From Piromyces finnis finn (taxonomy: Eukaryota > Fungi > Neocallimastigomycota): DNA of 64,000 nt. The notes beneath the pieces are model-generated. The model was not told where the DNA came from, ran no database searches, and worked only from the letters and a program-made list of their open reading frames with translations. Shown one piece after another: positions 58,701-64,000 of the stretch. The stretch lies in the NCBI GenBank assembly GCA_002104945.1, contig MCFH01000015.1, positions 186,001 to 250,000 on the forward strand. Reading direction: 5' to 3'. Every line of letters begins with the position of its first letter. Position 1 is the first letter of the stretch. A program made the translations under genes and the position numbers.

Positions 58701-61700
58701 TTATGTTAAAAAAAACTATTAAAATAGATGAAATTTATATGACTGAATGTCATGTGTACGCATACATCAATGAAATTTACATTAAATTTATGATTTACAT
58801 AAAATAATGCTATTACCACAAATAATTCTAATTATACATAGAAATATCTATTTTCTGATATCACGTGTCTTAAATTTTCATTTTTCTCTCAAAATTCAAG
58901 CTTAAATAACACGTGTAAATCTGTAATTCCAATGATATAAATGATTTATCCATGAATAAAAGTTTGAGAAATAAAGTAACACTAAAATATCAAGAAAGAT
59001 TTACTTAAAAAGACAAATTCTTATATGAAATAAAACAAATATATTTCTTTTTTTTATTTTATTATTATTCTATCCTATTTCACCATTTCATTCTTTTCTT
59101 TTTTAAAAAAAAATTAATAGTAATATTTTTATTAAATTTCATGAAAAAATTAATGTTAATTTTTTTAATAGCTGCATAACAATTTGAAGAAAAAAAGGTT
59201 TAATTTTTTTAATTAATTTTCTTACACATGAATTATTAATTTTTAACCTTTTTTTTTTAAATAAATATATAAAATTTGAAAAGAAAAATAAAAGTCTATT
59301 TAAATATTATTTATGCAAAAATTAAGGACTTTCCAAGGGAATAAATAATCTTAACTTTCTATATAAAGAGTAGTTCATACAACTCTTCATTGAATATTAA
59401 ATAATAGGTTTAGTTATGTATGTATGTATGTATGTATTATAATAGAGTCAATAAAATACTCAAACTATTTTTAGTATTTCTATTAAAAAAATGATTGAAA
59501 ATAATGGTGTTTTTTTCTTTTTTTTTTTTTTTTTTTTTAGTATACCATATTTAACTATTAAAAATACTTTTATAATATTAATTAAAAAATGATAATAATA
59601 ATAAAAAGTTTTAAAGAAAAGGACATTAATATACTTGACTTTTGATAGTTTTAAAAATTTTCACATAATAATATATAGCAATCGTTATTAATTGTGTTTT
59701 ATATTTTGATTTTCTATGTACGGATTTTAAAAAAAGGTTAATGAATATTTATTTTTATAGGAATATTTTTTTGAACGACAACCGTTACAATAATTTAATA
59801 TTGTATGATAATATTATTTTTATAGACATTCATCAAAAATAATTATTTAATTTTAAAAGTTGGGCTATATCTTTTAACAATATATCATCTATATATTAAA
59901 ATCTTTTTGAATTTAATAAATAATTCTATAAAGTTTTTGAACAATCCATATAATTTATGTAATATTATTGAATCATTAATAATGAGAAATTTAGTTTATG
60001 TCTTTTACAAATTTGTATTTCTTTTTAAGTAGAAAAAAAAAAGTTAATAATCCTATTTGATGCTATTAAATTATAAAGTAAAATGTTTTTAAAAAAAATA
60101 TATATTTAATGTTGAATGTAATATACTATATTTTATTATTAATGAATTATAATATGTTTAATGAAGCTTTTTTTATTATTCTAAAATCTTTATTGTCAAT
60201 AAAAATTTTAAATTGAAACGTAAAATTCTCTTTTTATTTACATCTATACATATTTATTATTATAAATACAAATTAATTATAGGAGAATGTTTTATTAATG
60301 AGCACTGATTCTAACTGTATTACATGTGTTTTGACATCTTTCTCTCATCCTATTATGACATATGTATTGAAATGTATTTGGTTGTATTGTGTTAGACTAA
60401 GTATTTAAGTCACAATGTAAATATAAATAATATGTAGTTTAAATAGAATGTAGCTTAATAATTTCCATCTTCTTGAATAATTATAATAGTAACTTTAAAG
60501 AAATGTTAACTTTTTCCTATTCATAAATGATTTTGGCTCTACTGGTTCATCATACAGTATCTTTAGCATGGACACTTATTAATTCATATACATTGATGCT
60601 TGTCCTTGTATGATATTTTTATTTTAAAAATTAAAAATTAGATTATTTATTTAGTTACTTTATCAACTTGTTTATCTATAGATATTTTGTACCTAGCGAT
60701 TCTTCCTTATGAATTAAGATATACACACACAGTTAAATTTATTTAAACCCATAAAAACATTTAATTTCAAATACTATCTCATTTGTTAGTCACTTGAAAG
60801 AATCGATATTACTTCTAATATTTGTGAGGACAAGAATAAACTATAATAAAAGTTTATTTGGTACACTGTCCTTATTATTATGTGGAAAAATAGGTTAAGA
60901 ATTTAAAAAAAATTTCTTCCTTATTAATTACATAGCTTTAGTAAAAATTAAGGAGCCCCCCCCCATAAAACTATATAGTATTCTTTTGAAAACATTTCTA
61001 TTAAGTTTTATTAAAGAAAAAGATACAAAAACCAATGTATATTTTATAATTTAATGTATCTTTTGACTTTTTATAAAAAAATATATCATTGACAATTTAA
61101 TAATAAAAAAAAATTCATTAAAAAAGTTTAAAATAGATATTATGTTTTCTTTTTCATTAAATAGTTTAAGAATATGTATTAAAAGGTATGAATAATAGTA
61201 GAAAAAATAATAATAATTAAATATATATATATTATATATATATATTAAAAATATTTAAATTTTTGTTGACAACAAAAAATATTATTATGATTGATTATTG
61301 CAAAAAAAAAAACGATATTTTTTTTAGAACTAATTAAATAATAAATTATAGTTCCTACTGTATTTCTTTAAAAATAGAATTTATATTTTAAATATTTTTT
61401 AATACTTTAAATATCATATATAAATAAATAACTAATATTTTTATAATGTTCCAGAATGAAAATATTTTTACAATATCAATGCTAAAGAAATTCATTAATA
61501 TTTCTTTTTGTTATATCCTTGCTTAGGATAAATTACAAATCGATAAGGTTGAATAAAGACATTTAAATAAACAATTTTCCAGTTCATTGAGGTCTCATGT
61601 TCTGTATATAACGGTTTTCGCAACTTTTCTTACAAAAACAATTTTTATTATTAGTAATTCTATAAAAATACTTTTTTAATAGGCTTAACTAAGATATCTA

Positions 61701-61992
61701 ACATCTTACACCGATATGGCAAAAATTTATCGTATTGTTCTATTATACAGAGTCCAGTGTTAATAACTCAATAAATGGCATAAAGGGAATTTGATAGACA
61801 CCATTCTGTCCTATTTTATATTACTTTGTTTTAGGTTAGGGATTAATTTCAAATAGCACAATTTTCAAAGTTCATTGAAACAGGCTACAACTTTAAAATT
61901 TTTTTTTATCTTTTATTAATATTATTTATTATTTAATAAGCAATGAAATTTCAAAAATTAAACAAATAAAATAAGGTGTATTTTCTTCCTTG

Positions 61993-62023
<31 letters not shown>

Positions 62024-63718
62024 GAAAGAAAAGATTAATATTATACATTAATCTATAATTAAATTAGAAAATTGAAAATATATCAAAAAAAATCAAACAT
62101 CTTAATGCTCATAAAAAATAACTTTTAATAATGAAATAATGATAAAATAATTAAATAAATAAATTATAAAAATAATGATATACTTCAGTAAGTTTAAAAG
62201 AAAAAGAGAATAAAAATAATACAATAATATAATATATTATTAAGGAAAAGTAACATTTAATAGTAGTTCATCTTTTTTTGACTTTAAAAGAATGATATTT
62301 ATTTTTAAATATATATACATTTAATTACATTGTTTTTGGAAAATAGATTATAATGTAATATAATGTAATATCACTTATTTATCATTCTAACCCTTTAAAT
62401 TAATTATTTTTTGAATATTTTTAAAATTAAAAAAAAAAAGCAAAGAAATCAAATTGGGCTATAACTTTAAGGGAAAAGTAAAATGATTAATCAAAGTTTA
62501 ATAATAAACTTTATTTGGAATAGCATTCCATGCTTTTGTTAATCATTCTTTGTTACTAATTTGTTGATAATTTCTTTCTATCATAAATAATAAATATTTT
62601 ATTTCTTTATATTTGACAAGTTAATAAGATTTTATTTAATTCATTAGTAGCTTAAATCTATCATTAAAAGTTGTTACAAAAACATTTTTATTTATATATC
62701 AATTAAAAAAAGTAAAAAATACTCTTTCTAATAAATATTAATTATAGTATATACTAATTTTACATCAAATTAGACAATTACTAGTTGCTACTTAAAAATT
62801 ATTTAAAGAGCAGTCATTTTAAAATTTTACTCTAACCCTAATATTTTAATTTCTGTATTGATAATAATTAAAGTTTCCTTTTTTAATTTATTATAAATTT
62901 ATTGTATTACATTAATTTATATTATAATTATGATTATACCATATATTAATAATACATTAAATATAATAAAGTTTAGTATTATCAAATAGAATTCTCTATA
63001 ATAAATATAAATGAATTGAATTATAGTATATTTGAATAAATACTAAAATATTATTGTTTTGAAATGGTATTTTACATTTTACATCTTTAATTAATTCATA
63101 TTAAATTAAATAATATATTGTTAATAAATTAAAACTATTTATTTATAATAAATTCTACTGTATATTATTATCAAAATAATATATTAATTTGAAATTTTTA
63201 ATAAAAATGCCGAAATCTTTTTTTCTTTTTTTTCTTTTTTTTATTTATTTTATTTGTAATTTCGATAAAATAAAGAATTATATTTTTTTGTATTCAAAAC
63301 TTTATTTTCATTATAAATACTGAAAAAAAGTAAGAAAAAAATAAAAATTAAAAAAAAAAAAAAAATTAATTTTACTAAATAATAAATAGAAAAGAAGAGG
63401 AAATTGTATGAAATAAAATGAAATAAATTTAATATAAAAATTGATATAATTAATAACGACAATAATAATATTAGTAATACTAGTAGTAGAAGTAGTAGTA
63501 GTAGTAGTAGAAGTAGTATTAGTATTAGTATTAGTAATATTAGTAGTAGAAGTAGTAGAAGTAGTAGTAGTAGTATTAATGATAATAGCAGTAGCTTTAA
63601 TTTTATTCATTTTAAATAAAAAAAAAAGATAACTATTAATATGTATTAATTGTATTTTATTATTATATATTATATATATATATATATATAAATTAAAACT
63701 TTGAATAGTATAATCAAC

Positions 63719-64000
63719 ATGAAGACCTTAAATTTAATTTTCATTATTGCCACTTGTTTAATGGCTATTAGCCGTGTTTCTGGTACTTTCTATATCGTTA
63801 AGACTTTTGAAAATTATGGAAAGAAGAGTACCGAAGGTGCCGAAGGTCATCTTACTGCAGATGGTGAAAAGAGAGTTGAATGTTTTGCTGGTTTAGTTGG
63901 TAACAAAATTAACCAACCAGACCATATTTACTACAAGGGTGACGGTACTGATAAGCAAGGAAATGTTAAGGTTAACCCAAGAAAGTTCACTGCTGAGGCT
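63719..64000 (+). CDS. Secreted protein, probable histidine-phosphatase (phosphoglycerate-mutase-like) fold lacking the RHG motif; truncated by the window edge; absent from the ORF track
   Basis: Open frame from ATG 63719 to the edge: MKTLNLIFIIATCLMAISRVSG-TFYIVKTFENYGKKSTEGAEGHLTADGEKRVECFAGLVGNKINQPDHIYY. It has a signal peptide and preferred codons, and the pattern resembles fungal YxIRHGE...GLSxxGxxRAxCL proteins. Confidence 0.7.
   Translation, partial: MKTLNLIFIIATCLMAISRVSGTFYIVKTFENYGKKSTEGAEGHLTADGEKRVECFAGLVGNKINQPDHIYYKGDGTDKQGNVKVNPRKFTAEA

Overview
Extremely AT-rich, intron-rich eukaryotic genomic DNA, most consistent with an anaerobic gut fungus (Neocallimastigomycota). This assignment is an inference from base composition, short GT-AG introns, a velvet gene and a flagellum-associated MYCBP gene. 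From left to right the window holds: the 5' part of a large multi-exon GGAI-repeat (parallel beta-helix-like) secreted or membrane protein (minus strand, runs off the left edge); an intronless M36 fungalysin; a 7-exon LRR receptor-like protein with a cytosolic 21-aa repeat tail; an intron-containing RlmN-family radical-SAM RNA methyltransferase set head-to-head with S-adenosylhomocysteine hydrolase; a full-length, apparently young single-ORF non-LTR retrotransposon (12-bp TSD, poly(A) tail, duplicated structured 5' leader); MYCBP; a DDA1-like gene; three tandem intronless paralogs of an unrecognised ~128-aa basic protein; UVRAG/Vps38; a velvet-domain gene; a ~7-kb gene-poor stretch; and the start of a secreted histidine-phosphatase-fold protein lacking the catalytic RHG motif (runs off the right edge). 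Gene models, alignments and counts were made by hand from the sequence, and family assignments come from remembered motifs rather than database searches.
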